A stretch of 64,000 nucleotides of DNA. Origin: Puniceicoccales bacterium (GTDB lineage: Bacteria > Verrucomicrobiota > Verrucomicrobiia > Opitutales > JAIRLM01). The DNA lies in NCBI GenBank assembly GCA_031275345.1, contig JAISOW010000008.1, positions 44,101-108,100 on the forward strand. Reading direction: 5' to 3'. Below, piece by piece: positions 18,103-27,376 of the stretch (positions are counted from its first letter, which is position 1; every line of letters starts with the position of its first letter). Position numbers and translations under genes: made by a program. The notes beneath the pieces were generated by a model. It searched no databases and had not been told where the DNA came from. It saw only the letters and a program-made list of their open reading frames with translations.

Positions 18103-19467
18103 ATGGAAATGACGATGCTGAACCAATTGCTGACAAATCCGGTCCTTTGGGGCATTGTAACAATGCTGGGAGCGGTTGTTGCCCGCGTGAATATCCTGGT
18201 ATCCATCGTGCTAGGCTCCCTGGTGGGCGGTCTGATGGGTGGCCTATCCCTGAATGGAACAATTTGCGCGTTTCAGACAGGACTTGCCGGCGGAACACCC
18301 CTCGCCCTGACCTATGCCCTGGTGGGAGGATTTGCCAGTGCCATTGCCTATTCCGGCACCGTGGAATGGCTGCTGGCATGTCTGCTACGCCACGTTGACC
18401 GGCCAGACCGGCCCGCATCCCCTCGCCGCATCCGCCGCATTCTCATTCCACTGTTCCTCGTCCTTGGACTGCTGTGCAAAAATATTTTTCCCATGCACAT
18501 CGCCTTCATCCCAATCGTCATCCCGCCGCTGCTGCCGCTCATGAATAGGGCCGGCCTGGATCGGCGCATGGTGGCCTGCCTACTGGCCTTCAGCCTTGTG
18601 GTGGCCTTCATGGTCATTCCCTTCGGTTTTGGCCACATTTTTCTCCATGACATGCTGGCAATGTGCCTTGCCCGCGACGGCATTGCGGTAAACACCGCAA
18701 CCATGCTCCGCGCCATGGTCATCCCATTCGCCGCCATGGCCATTGGGTTGGCTGTGGCAATTTTTCTATCCTATGCTAGACCAAAGTACTACGATGCGGA
18801 CATCACGGCCAAGGCGCTGGCCCGCCGCCCGGTCCCTTGCGCATTCCGACGACGCCATCTGGTGACCGTACTATTGGCACTGGCCACGTCGCTAGCGGTG
18901 CAGGCAATATCCGGTGGCAACATGACCATGGGAACAGTCTGCGGGCTGCTGGTCATCACGGCCGGTGGCATCGCCCCACTGCGCCGCATGGACGCCATGG
19001 TCACCGATGGCTTCAGGGTGATGACACTCGTTGGTCTTGTCGTGATCGCAGCGGCCGGCTTTAGTGAGGTGCTGCGGATGACGGGCGGAGTGGAGGAACT
19101 GGTCTCATTGATGATTTCTGCAACCCACGGCTGCCGTGCCATTGCCGTTCTATGCGCGCTGCTAATTGGTCTGCTGCTCACCCTTGGCCTCGGCTCTGCC
19201 TTTGCCACCGTGCCAATCGTATCGGCACTGTTCGTTCCCCTTGGCCGCGACATTGGCCTCTCCCCGTTTGCCACGCTGACACTGGTTGCCGTGTCGGCCC
19301 TACTGGGCGAGCCGGGATCTCCCATGGGCAGCACAACGCTTGGCCCAGCCGCCGGACTGGCCGACGACGGCCAATTTGACCACCTGCGGGACAGCGTCTG
19401 GCCCACATTCCTCCACTTCAATGTGCCGCTGCTGCTCATCGGCTGGCTGGCAATTCTGTGGCTGTGA
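18103..19467 (+). CDS. NhaC/YuiF-family polytopic membrane transporter
   Basis: 454 aa. The N-terminus RVNILVSIVLGSLVGGLMGGLSLNGTICAFQTGLAGGTPLALTYALVGGFA resembles B. subtilis YuiF-type Na+/H+-antiporter-family permeases (from memory). Confidence 0.6.
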   Translation: MEMTMLNQLLTNPVLWGIVTMLGAVVARVNILVSIVLGSLVGGLMGGLSLNGTICAFQTGLAGGTPLALTYALVGGFASAIAYSGTVEWLLACLLRHVDRPDRPASPRRIRRILIPLFLVLGLLCKNIFPMHIAFIPIVIPPLLPLMNRAGLDRRMVACLLAFSLVVAFMVIPFGFGHIFLHDMLAMCLARDGIAVNTATMLRAMVIPFAAMAIGLAVAIFLSYARPKYYDADITAKALARRPVPCAFRRRHLVTVLLALATSLAVQAISGGNMTMGTVCGLLVITAGGIAPLRRMDAMVTDGFRVMTLVGLVVIAAAGFSEVLRMTGGVEELVSLMISATHGCRAIAVLCALLIGLLLTLGLGSAFATVPIVSALFVPLGRDIGLSPFATLTLVAVSALLGEPGSPMGSTTLGPAAGLADDGQFDHLRDSVWPTFLHFNVPLLLIGWLAILWL

Positions 19468-19546
19468 CGGTAGATGGTGGCCATTGCCACCGCACCGTCC
19501 GCGGTTGGAGAAAGTTGTTTGGAGAAAGTTCGGCGGACAACGGCGC

Positions 19547-20479
19547 TCAGTCCAGTAGGTCAAAAAAACTTGCCAGCGGCGGCAATTCGTCCACCTGGCA
19601 GCGACGGTCAATCGGGATTTGGTGGCGAAACCAGGTGCGCTGCCGGCGGACCAGCGCCACCGTGGCACAGTAAATACGCTCCGCCAGATTTGCCCTGCTG
19701 ACCGTGCCGTCCAAAAACTGCAGCACTTCCCGATAGCCAACGGCCCGGCATGCGGATGAATTGGCCTCGAAACCCTTGGCCCGCAACGCCTCCACCTCCT
19801 CAACGAAGCCGGCCGCCAGCATGGCATCGATGCGCCGAATCAGACGTGGCCGCAGGGAATGGTCCGGACAGTCCAGCAGCACCGTTCGGATGGAACAATC
19901 GGCAAAATGGCCGGGTTGGCTTTGAAACATGCGGCGCAGGGTTGCCACCTCCAGCCCGGTTGCTAGGCAGCGCTCCAGGGCCCGCATCACCCGGTGGGCA
20001 TTGCTCCTGTCCAAACAGGTTGGCGGCTGGTGGTGGAGTCCGTCGAGTGCTGCCAGCAGTCCGGCGAGTCCTTTTTGCAAAAAAATTTCCTCCACCTCCC
20101 GACGAATTTTTGGATCAATGACCACGGCATCCGTCACCGGCCCGAGGAATGTTCCCAGGTAAAGACCGCTACCGCCCACAACCAACACCTTCCTTCCACG
20201 GCCATGAATTTCTTCCACGGCACGGCGGGCATGGCGCTGGTACTGGGCCACATCAAAGGGTTGGCATGGGTCGCAGAGGTCGATGCAATGGTGCGGGACA
20301 CGGGCCCTGTCAGCGGCGTTCGGCTTGGCCGAACCGATGTCCATGCCCCTGTATACCTGGATGGAATCGGCCGAAAGGATTTCCCCTTCTCCTCCGCAGC
20401 CGACGGCCAGCTCCATGGCGAGGGCCGACTTGCCAACGCCGGTTGGACCCACGATGAGCAGCAGTCGTGGCCGGCTCAT
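19547..20479 (-). CDS. miaA: tRNA dimethylallyltransferase
   Basis: MSRPRLLLIVGPTGVGKSALAMELA...SADSIQVYRGMDIGSAKP. The start is at ATG 20479, overlapping the upstream stop in an ATGA. Confidence 0.9.
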   Translation of the reverse strand: MSRPRLLLIVGPTGVGKSALAMELAVGCGGEGEILSADSIQVYRGMDIGSAKPNAADRARVPHHCIDLCDPCQPFDVAQYQRHARRAVEEIHGRGRKVLVVGGSGLYLGTFLGPVTDAVVIDPKIRREVEEIFLQKGLAGLLAALDGLHHQPPTCLDRSNAHRVMRALERCLATGLEVATLRRMFQSQPGHFADCSIRTVLLDCPDHSLRPRLIRRIDAMLAAGFVEEVEALRAKGFEANSSACRAVGYREVLQFLDGTVSRANLAERIYCATVALVRRQRTWFRHQIPIDRRCQVDELPPLASFFDLLD

Positions 20480-21267
20480 GGCACAGCTCCATCGCCGCGC
20501 AAAGTAGTGAAAGCCAGCAGGGTGGTTGACAGGCAAAGCGCTGGGAAAAGCAGGGGCAGTGGATGGCCGTGCATGTATGGGATGGCTTCGACGATCATAT
20601 TTCCCCAGGAACTCCTCGGCGGCGGCACCCCCAGGCCTAGAAAACTCAAAAATGCTTCCAACAAAATGGCATTGGGCAGTATAATCAGCGCATAGCGGCC
20701 GATGAGCGGCGCGGCATTGGGCACAATGTGGCAGCAGATGACGGCGCCATGGGAACGGCCAAGGGCAATGGCGGACTGGACAAACGTGCGCCTGCGCAGG
20801 TCGGCGGTTTTGGTGCGCACCACCCGGGCAAGGGTGAGCCACTCCACGGATGCAATGGCCAGACAGAGCGTGCCAATTCCACGGCCAAGAAAGAGGCAGA
20901 TGAGGGACGCAAGCAGGGTCAGTGGCAGGACGTAGAGGACATCCATCAGCCGCATGGCCATGCGCTCGAATGATCCTCCAAAATAGCCGGCAGTCGCACC
21001 AACCGCAGTGCCAACGGCGACGGCCAGTACGGTGGAACCCAGGCCAACGGCCAGGGAAACTTTTGCCCCAAAAAATAGCCGGAGCAGAAGGTCGCGGCCC
21101 AGCAGGTCTGTCCCAAGCCAGTGGATACGGCTAGGTAGGTCGAGGCAGTGGTCAATGTCCTGCACAAGGGCTGCATGGTCCGGCAGGACCATGGCCAACG
21201 AACAGGCGCAGCAAACCAGCGCCAGCCAAAGCCATTGCCAGCGAAAATTTTTTTTACCGATCGCCAT
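20476..21267 (-). CDS. ABC peptide/nickel-type permease (OppC/DppC family), orphan
   Basis: HWLGTDLLGRDLLLRLFFGAKVSLAVGL...YFGGSFERMAMRLMDVLYVLP (BPD_transp_1 with OppC N-motif). The start is taken at MAIGKK (21267). Confidence 0.75.
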   Translation of the reverse strand: MAIGKKNFRWQWLWLALVCCACSLAMVLPDHAALVQDIDHCLDLPSRIHWLGTDLLGRDLLLRLFFGAKVSLAVGLGSTVLAVAVGTAVGATAGYFGGSFERMAMRLMDVLYVLPLTLLASLICLFLGRGIGTLCLAIASVEWLTLARVVRTKTADLRRRTFVQSAIALGRSHGAVICCHIVPNAAPLIGRYALIILPNAILLEAFLSFLGLGVPPPRSSWGNMIVEAIPYMHGHPLPLLFPALCLSTTLLAFTTLRGDGAVP

Positions 21268-21289
21268 CGTTTTGGATGGAAATGCCGAC

Positions 21290-21604
21290 CTAGGCGCACA
21301 ATGCGGCCAATTTTTTTGCCAACTGTTCCTGGGTCCTCGTTCCCACAATGGATTCCACGCAGCGGCCATCCTTGCAAATAACCAGCGTTGGAACGGATTG
21401 GACGGCGTAGTGCCGCACCGAAACCGGCGATTTGTCGATGTCAACTTTTATGAGCCGTGCCCGGCCCTTGAAATTTTCTGCCAACGCCAGCAATGTCGGC
21501 TCCATGGCACGGCATGGCCCACACCAGGTGGCAAAGAAATCTATCAGCACGACCCCCCCTGCCGCCACCGTCTTTTCCAGCTCCCCATCCACAATTTCTT
21601 CCAT
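21290..21604 (-). CDS. trxA: thioredoxin
   Basis: VLIDFFATWCGPCRAMEP. It is ~104 aa from the MEEIVDG start; the ORF extends to 21670. Confidence 0.85.
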   Translation of the reverse strand: MEEIVDGELEKTVAAGGVVLIDFFATWCGPCRAMEPTLLALAENFKGRARLIKVDIDKSPVSVRHYAVQSVPTLVICKDGRCVESIVGTRTQEQLAKKLAALCA

Positions 21605-21818
21605 CACGGCGCGAATCTGGCACCGGCCGCACGGCTGTCCAGATCCTTTTCCAATTCCCGCCTCAATCATTGGCCACGGCCGTGGCTAAGAAACTTTGGC
21701 CCAGCAACAATTGTCCGGAAGGAATGAAAAAAATCGCAGCTGGCCGCAGTTTGTAGGATTTTACGAAAAATTTCTTTTAAAAAGGGAATTGCGGCCAAAA
21801 AAAATTTCCCCCAAAAAG

Positions 21819-22121
21819 ATGGCAATGGCGCAGACACCGATGGACATCGTTGCAACGGCGGAAATTGCCCGCATTGCCCTTTCCGTAGACGAACGGGAGC
21901 GGTTAGGAGACCAGCTGGCCGACATTCTTCGCTACGCAGCGCAGCTGATGGCGGTGGATGTGGAGGGAGTAGAGCCGGCTGGCCAGCCGATTGGCGGTGA
22001 AGATATGCTGGCGTTCGACGAGGTAGAGGTTGGCTTTTCGCAAAAAGATGCCCTTTCCAATGCTCCCCAACGGGAGCGAAATTTTTTCTCCGTACCTCAG
22101 GTGCTGGAGGACGCATCATGA
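21819..22121 (+). CDS. gatC: Asp/Glu-tRNA amidotransferase subunit C
   Basis: IARIALSVDERERLGDQLADILRYAAQL. 4-nt overlap with gatA. The start is at ATG 21819 in ORF 21696..22121. Confidence 0.8.
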   Translation: MAMAQTPMDIVATAEIARIALSVDERERLGDQLADILRYAAQLMAVDVEGVEPAGQPIGGEDMLAFDEVEVGFSQKDALSNAPQRERNFFSVPQVLEDAS

Positions 22122-23599
22122 CGGACCACCCGCTGCACTACCAATCCATTGAATTTTTGGCAAATGGTCTGGCGGATGGATCATTGACAGCCGTTGCACT
22201 GGCCGAGGCAGTCATCGGCCGCACCGTGGCGGTGGAGCCGGTGCTGCGTGCATTCATTTCACGCAATGACGAAGAGCTGCTGGCAGAGGCGGTGGAATCG
22301 GATCGGCGGCGCAGGGCTGGCAAGCCACGCAGCCGCTGGGATGGCATACCGATCGGCATCAAGGACCTAATCTCCGTCCGCGGCCAGCCGCTTACCAATG
22401 GTAGTCGCATGATGGAAAATTATATAAGTCCGTACGACGCAACGGTCATTGCCCGGATGCGCACGGCCGGCATGATCCCGTGGGGTCGGCTCAATCTGGA
22501 CGAGTTTGCCATGGGTTCATCGACAGAATATTCGGCGTTTCAAAAAACAGCCAATCCCTGGAACCTTGCCCGGGTTCCCGGCGGCAGCAGCGGCGGACCG
22601 GCCGCTGCGGTTGCTGCTGGACAAGTTCCAGCGGCCCTCGGCACGGACACGGGCGGTTCCATTCGCCAACCAGCAGCCTTCTGCGGCATCACGGGGCTGA
22701 AACCAACCCACGGACGGGTGAGCCGCTACGGAGTTACGGCATTTGCCAGCTCGCTGGATCAGGTGGGACCAATTGCCCGTTCCGTCGAGGATGTTGCCAT
22801 CCTCTGCTCCATCATCGCCGGCCACGACGGCCATGACTCCACCAGTTCCCGCCGTCCCGTGCCGGATCTTTTAGCCGCAACCCAGCGCTGCCGTAGCTGG
22901 ACGATCGGAATACCGGCAGAATTCTTTGCCGATGGCCTCAACCAAGAGGTCGGGGATGCGGTAAGGACAGCAATCACTTTTTTTGAAAAAAAAGGCTGCA
23001 GCATCCAGCCCATTTCCCTTCCCAACGCCCCCCTGGGGACAGCCGTCTACTTTCTAACGGCAACGGCCGAAGCATTTTCCAATCTGGCTCGCTTCGATGG
23101 CATCCGCTACGGACATAGGAGTAAAAATGCCGAAGATGCGGTTGACATCTATGGCAGGTCCAGGGCCGAAGGCTTCGGTGACGAGGTCAAACGGCGGATC
23201 ATTCTGGGTGCATTTGTGCTATCCAGCGGCTTCCAGGACGCCTACTATTCCAGAGCCCAGCGGGTACGCACCCTCATTTGCCGGGACTATGCGGCGGCAT
23301 TTGCCGAGGTTGACCTGATCTTGACCCCCACATCGCCGACGACCGCATTTCCATTCGGTGCACGCAACGATGACCCGCTGGCCATGTACCTGAGCGACGC
23401 CTACACGGTCAGCATCAATTTGGCAGGCCTACCGGCCATTTCCATTCCATGCGGCCTGGATAGCCAATGTTTGCCCATCGGACTGCAGCTGATCGGCAAG
23501 CCATATGGGGAAGAAGAATTGCTTGCAGCAGCAAATTTTTTTCAGAAACAGCACAACTTTCACCTGCTACGACCCTGTTCCGTGGAGGAGGCCTCTTGA
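22118..23599 (+). CDS. gatA: Asp/Glu-tRNA amidotransferase subunit A
   Basis: Amidase signature GGSSGGPAAAVAAGQVPAALGTDTGGSIRQPAAFCG, 493 aa. Confidence 0.92.
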   Translation: MTDHPLHYQSIEFLANGLADGSLTAVALAEAVIGRTVAVEPVLRAFISRNDEELLAEAVESDRRRRAGKPRSRWDGIPIGIKDLISVRGQPLTNGSRMMENYISPYDATVIARMRTAGMIPWGRLNLDEFAMGSSTEYSAFQKTANPWNLARVPGGSSGGPAAAVAAGQVPAALGTDTGGSIRQPAAFCGITGLKPTHGRVSRYGVTAFASSLDQVGPIARSVEDVAILCSIIAGHDGHDSTSSRRPVPDLLAATQRCRSWTIGIPAEFFADGLNQEVGDAVRTAITFFEKKGCSIQPISLPNAPLGTAVYFLTATAEAFSNLARFDGIRYGHRSKNAEDAVDIYGRSRAEGFGDEVKRRIILGAFVLSSGFQDAYYSRAQRVRTLICRDYAAAFAEVDLILTPTSPTTAFPFGARNDDPLAMYLSDAYTVSINLAGLPAISIPCGLDSQCLPIGLQLIGKPYGEEELLAAANFFQKQHNFHLLRPCSVEEAS

Positions 23600-23726
23600 C
23601 AGGGTGCGATTGCCTCGGCAGGCTGGCGCCATGGTTCGGTCATTTTTGTGCGCCGCAGCCCTGGTTCTGGCGGTAATGGGTGTGCGGTGTGACGGCGGTG
23701 AAGATTTTTTTGGGGATAGAAAAAAT

Positions 23727-24140
23727 ATGGAACGAACGGTTGTAATTTTTAAGCCGGATGCGGTACAGAAAGGTCGCGTTGGAACAATTTTGTCCCGCTT
23801 TGAGGCAGAACGGCTGCGCATTGCCGCATTGAAAATGGTCCAATTGGACGAGACGGTGCTGCGGGAACACTATGCCCACCTAGCATCGCTTCCGTTTTTT
23901 GGAGAAATTCTTGGCTTTATGCAAGAAACTCCGGTGGTCATCGCCGTGCTGGAAGGGAAAAATGCGGTGGCCAAGGTGAGGGAAATGGCAGGACCTACGG
24001 ACTCGGCCGCAGCACCGCGCGGCACAATTCGCGGCGACTTTGGCCAGGACAAGATGCGCAACATGCTCCATGCGTCGGATTCTTTGGAAAATGCCCGGCT
24101 GGAAATTGGACGGTTCTTCGCAGTGCGGGAAATTTTTTAG
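23727..24140 (+). CDS. ndk: nucleoside diphosphate kinase (alternative upstream start 23631 would add a hydrophobic leader)
   Basis: MERTVVIFKPDAVQKGRVGTILSRFE...NMLHASDS. Conservative start at ATG 23727. Confidence 0.9.
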   Translation: MERTVVIFKPDAVQKGRVGTILSRFEAERLRIAALKMVQLDETVLREHYAHLASLPFFGEILGFMQETPVVIAVLEGKNAVAKVREMAGPTDSAAAPRGTIRGDFGQDKMRNMLHASDSLENARLEIGRFFAVREIF

Positions 24141-24205
24141 GGAATTTCCATTGACAGCGGCCGGCCGACGGCGAGCCTCCACCTCCACGGAGGGGGTGAT
24201 TTTGC

Positions 24206-24409
24206 ATGGCTCAAATTGAGGTCAAGGTGCGCAAGGGTGAGGGCATTGAAAAGGCGCTGCGGCGGCTAAAGCGGCGGCTTGATAAGGAAAATGTAATCCA
24301 GGACGCCAAGGCCAAGTGCTATTTTGAAAAGCCGAGCGATCGACGGCGGCGCAAGGAAAAGGTTGCCCGCTTTACCAACTACCTGCGCAGTCAAAAGGAC
24401 AGGGAATGA
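24206..24409 (+). CDS. rpsU: 30S ribosomal protein S21
   Basis: MAQIEVKVRKGEGIEKALRRLKRRLDKENV, 67 aa. Confidence 0.9.
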   Translation: MAQIEVKVRKGEGIEKALRRLKRRLDKENVIQDAKAKCYFEKPSDRRRRKEKVARFTNYLRSQKDRE

Positions 24410-24430
24410 TGGCAACGTAGCCCCATCCGG

Positions 24431-24514
24431 TGCCCGGGGAGGGGGTCGAACCCTCACTCCCTCGCGGGAATCGGATTTTGAGTCCGACGCGTCTGCCGAT
24501 TCCGCCACCCGGGC
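24431..24514 (-). tRNA. tRNA-Leu (anticodon CAA)
   Basis: The reverse complement folds as a cloverleaf: acceptor GCCCGGG/CCCGGGC, anticodon arm UCGGA-CUCAAAA-UCCGA, a long variable arm and T-arm GAGGG-UUCGACC-CCCUC. CCA is not encoded. Confidence 0.85.
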
Positions 24515-24654
24515 AACCGTGCGGATCCAATGGCAGAACGGTTGGATCGACAAGAAAATTTCGTGAAATTTTTGCCATCGATCTGTGGGAAAAAGCATTG
24601 ACAGATCGGGGGCGATGGCGGGAAATAGGATACCGTCCGCTGGGCGGGTATCCT

Positions 24655-26499
24655 ATGGATGCGCAGCTTGTCGAGTCTTTCGTTTTGAAAAATCCTCAGC
24701 TGCAGCGGCAGCGGGAAAAGTTGGCGTCCATGCAGCTCGGCGCCTTTTGCTTCCATCGCACCTTTGGCTTTGGAGAAATTGTGGGCTACAATGCCGCTGG
24801 GCAACGCCTGCTCATCGACTTTTCTCAAAAGCCTGGCCATGCCGTTGACCCTGCCTTTGCCGTAGGCCATCTGGAAATTTTACCGGAGGACCACATTCTT
24901 GTGCAATTCCGCCGCGATCCAGCTGCCGTGCGCACCATGGTCCAGGAAGATCCAGCGGCGGCGCTCCGCCTCATGTTGCTCCACAGCCCTGACCGGCGGG
25001 CAACCCAGGGAGAGATGGGGGTGCTTTTGAACACCATCATCGGCGAAGATGCAGCTGCCAGAACCTGGTGGCTGCGGGCGCGCAAGGCGGCAGAGGCCGA
25101 TCCATGCATTGCCCAGCCGGAGGCAAAGACCGGCTACTACATTCTGCGGGAACAGCCACTGGAACAATTGGATGAGCTTGTGGATGGCGTGCTCCTTTCC
25201 CGGCAGATGGAAAAAAAGGTTCGCCACGCCGCAAAAATTCTCACGACCAAGGGACTGGATGGTCAGCGGGAAAAATTGCTGCTCGTTTTGGACGAGTTGG
25301 GGAAACTTTTCCACGGCGATGCGGCATCCTCCATCGAACGGCTGCAGCTTTTTTGGCTCTGCGAAGATTTTTCTTTGGTCCTCGGACAGCCACTGCCAGA
25401 AGATCTTTCCTTTGAGTCGCTGCTGCGCTCCGTCCAAGATTTTACCGCCATCGCCGATGGTCTACCGGTCACGCAATTGAATCGTTTGCTCGGCGGGGTG
25501 CGGCACGTCTTTCCAGATGACTACCTGGCCCGCTGCATCCTACTATTGCGCAATGGCAATGGCCGCACGGTTGGCGTTGTTGTGGATTTTTTGCTAGGCC
25601 ACGGCCTGGAGGGAGATCTCGGCACAATCCTGCAGCAATGGTCGCGGGACAACACACTGCGGGCAACCCTCCTAAATTGGATTCTGCGCAATCGCCATCA
25701 GAAAAAATATGCTCCACTGCTGGAGTCGCTCGTCACGGCAAGATTGTTTCGGCAGGCACTCGTGTCCATTGACCAAGAGGTTCTGCGCCGAGCCAATAAT
25801 CGAAAAATTGCCCTGGCGGAAACCATTGCGGAAGATCGGCTGCTCATCGAAGAAATTACCATGAACCAGCCCATTGAAATGGTGCGGGATCTTGCCCACA
25901 TGGTGCTGCACAGCCAGGCATTTGATACACTTACAAAAAAATCCATCGCAGTGCGCTTCATCCGTCTCTTTCCCGCTCTGCAAAGTCTGCTGGATGGAGA
26001 GGGTGGGCAGCGGGATGATTCCACCCTGCGCGTTTCCCAGACCAGCCTGGATGCCGTGCGCAGCGAGTATGAGACGCTGATGCAGCAAAAAATTCCGGCC
26101 AATAAGGCGGCCGTTGCTGCGGCAAGGGAACAGGGAGATTTGAGGGAAAATGCGGAGTACAAGATGGCGCGGCAAGACCAGGACATTCTGCTGGCACGCA
26201 AAGCGCAAATTGAAAAGGACCTGGCCCGCGTACGCGTGATCGACTTCCATTCGGTCGGTACGGATGTCGTCGCCGTTGGCAGTGTGGTAACCCTCGACGA
26301 TGGACAAAATCAGCGGGAATCGTTTGCCATCCTAGGAGCCTGGGACAGTGACCCAAAAAGGCGTATTTTGTCCTATCAAACGCCGTTTGGCCGGGCGCTG
26401 TTGGGAAAAAAGGTGGGAGATACCGTCGTTGTGGAAGGCCATCCTCCGCGCCAGGTCACTGCCATTGACCGTTGGTTGGACCGCTCAGCTTCGTGGTAG
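24655..26499 (+). CDS. greA: GreA-family transcript-cleavage factor with a ~450-aa N-terminal extension
   Basis: The C-terminal ~160 aa is GreA-like (AAREQGDLRENAEYKMARQDQ...VGSVVTLDD...LSYQTPFGRALLGKKVGDTVVV). The N-terminal region starts with a CarD-like FGFGEIVGY segment. The start is at ATG 24655 because the longer ORF overlaps tRNA-Leu. Confidence 0.75.
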   Translation: MDAQLVESFVLKNPQLQRQREKLASMQLGAFCFHRTFGFGEIVGYNAAGQRLLIDFSQKPGHAVDPAFAVGHLEILPEDHILVQFRRDPAAVRTMVQEDPAAALRLMLLHSPDRRATQGEMGVLLNTIIGEDAAARTWWLRARKAAEADPCIAQPEAKTGYYILREQPLEQLDELVDGVLLSRQMEKKVRHAAKILTTKGLDGQREKLLLVLDELGKLFHGDAASSIERLQLFWLCEDFSLVLGQPLPEDLSFESLLRSVQDFTAIADGLPVTQLNRLLGGVRHVFPDDYLARCILLLRNGNGRTVGVVVDFLLGHGLEGDLGTILQQWSRDNTLRATLLNWILRNRHQKKYAPLLESLVTARLFRQALVSIDQEVLRRANNRKIALAETIAEDRLLIEEITMNQPIEMVRDLAHMVLHSQAFDTLTKKSIAVRFIRLFPALQSLLDGEGGQRDDSTLRVSQTSLDAVRSEYETLMQQKIPANKAAVAAAREQGDLRENAEYKMARQDQDILLARKAQIEKDLARVRVIDFHSVGTDVVAVGSVVTLDDGQNQRESFAILGAWDSDPKRRILSYQTPFGRALLGKKVGDTVVVEGHPPRQVTAIDRWLDRSASW

Positions 26500-26500
26500 G

Positions 26501-27367
26501 ATGAAAAATGCGTGCGGACAGGAAACGACGCCAATGATGGGAAGTCGACTCGTTGGCAGTGCGCTGCTGCTGCTGCTCATTTTTCCCACCCTTCTATGGT
26601 GCGGTGCCGGCGGATTGGCATGGCTGCTAGCATTTTTTGCACTGGGAGCACAGTTGGAGTTGGTGCGCCTTGTGCAAAATTTTTCCCCGCGGGTGAAAAT
26701 TGCGTGCGGGCAGCTTTCCTTTTGGACGGTGGTCATCATGTTGGGTGCATGGTATGTAGGGCCGCTCCACGGCGGCATTTGGCTCGCCGTCCTTGCCCTG
26801 CTGGCAACGGTTGCCAATGGCATCATGGCCGTCCATCCTTCCCATCTGCTGTGCCGCACACTTCCGACCGCCCTCTGCATCCTCTACATACCATTCACGC
26901 TGCAATTTGCCGCACTCCTGCTGCGCAGCGGACCGACAGAACAATCCGGCATCTGGCTACTGGCATGGGTGGTTTGCGTCTGCAAGCTCAACGACATCGG
27001 CGGGCTGTTGACCGGCACAACCTTCGGCCGCCACTCCCTGGCCAAGGAATATAGCCCCAACAAGACATGGGAAGGATTTTTTGGCGGCCTGGCATTTGCC
27101 ATTGTGGGCGGTGAGGTCCTTTGGGTGGTGGGAAAAAGTTTTGGACACCTGGCCCAACTTCCCAACCAGCTGGCCCTGGCACTGGCCGGATTGCTGGCCG
27201 TCGTTGCCACGCTGTCCGACCTGCTGGAATCTGCCATTAAGCGCCTGGCAATGGCCAAAAATTCCGGCGCGGCCATCCCCGGCATCGGCGGCTTCCTAGA
27301 CCTGTGCGACAGCCTCATCCTTTCCCTGCCGACGGCCTATGCCGTTCTGCAATTGTCCGGCCGGTGA
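26501..27367 (+). CDS. cdsA: phosphatidate cytidylyltransferase
   Basis: NDIGGLLTGTTFGRHSLAKEYSPNKTWEGFFGG...SAIKRLAMAKNSGAAIPGIGGFLDLCDS. The start is at ATG 26501, directly after the greA stop. Confidence 0.8.
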   Translation: MKNACGQETTPMMGSRLVGSALLLLLIFPTLLWCGAGGLAWLLAFFALGAQLELVRLVQNFSPRVKIACGQLSFWTVVIMLGAWYVGPLHGGIWLAVLALLATVANGIMAVHPSHLLCRTLPTALCILYIPFTLQFAALLLRSGPTEQSGIWLLAWVVCVCKLNDIGGLLTGTTFGRHSLAKEYSPNKTWEGFFGGLAFAIVGGEVLWVVGKSFGHLAQLPNQLALALAGLLAVVATLSDLLESAIKRLAMAKNSGAAIPGIGGFLDLCDSLILSLPTAYAVLQLSGR

Positions 27368-27376
27368 TCCCATGCC

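Noticed and set aside
19505-19530. A 12-bp direct repeat TTGGAGAAAGTT x2 (period 14) and a GGTGGC-CATT-GCCACC hairpin (19476..19491) in the convergent gap between the transporter gene and miaA.
   Set aside because: It is short, occurs once, has no adjacent U-tract and no recognisable family. It could be a weak bidirectional terminator, but the evidence is insufficient.
24151-24205. A TTGACA hexamer (24151..24156) and a CCTCC/GGAGG hairpin (24176..24193) upstream of rpsU, considered as a promoter plus an SD-sequestering leader.
   Set aside because: No acceptable -10 element lies 16-19 nt downstream of the hexamer. The hairpin has only 5 bp, which is too weak to call.
24430-24654. The 75-codon N-terminal extension of ORF 24430..26499 (689 aa in the track).
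   Set aside because: It is read antisense straight through tRNA-Leu (24431..24514). The conserved protein begins plausibly at ATG 24655.
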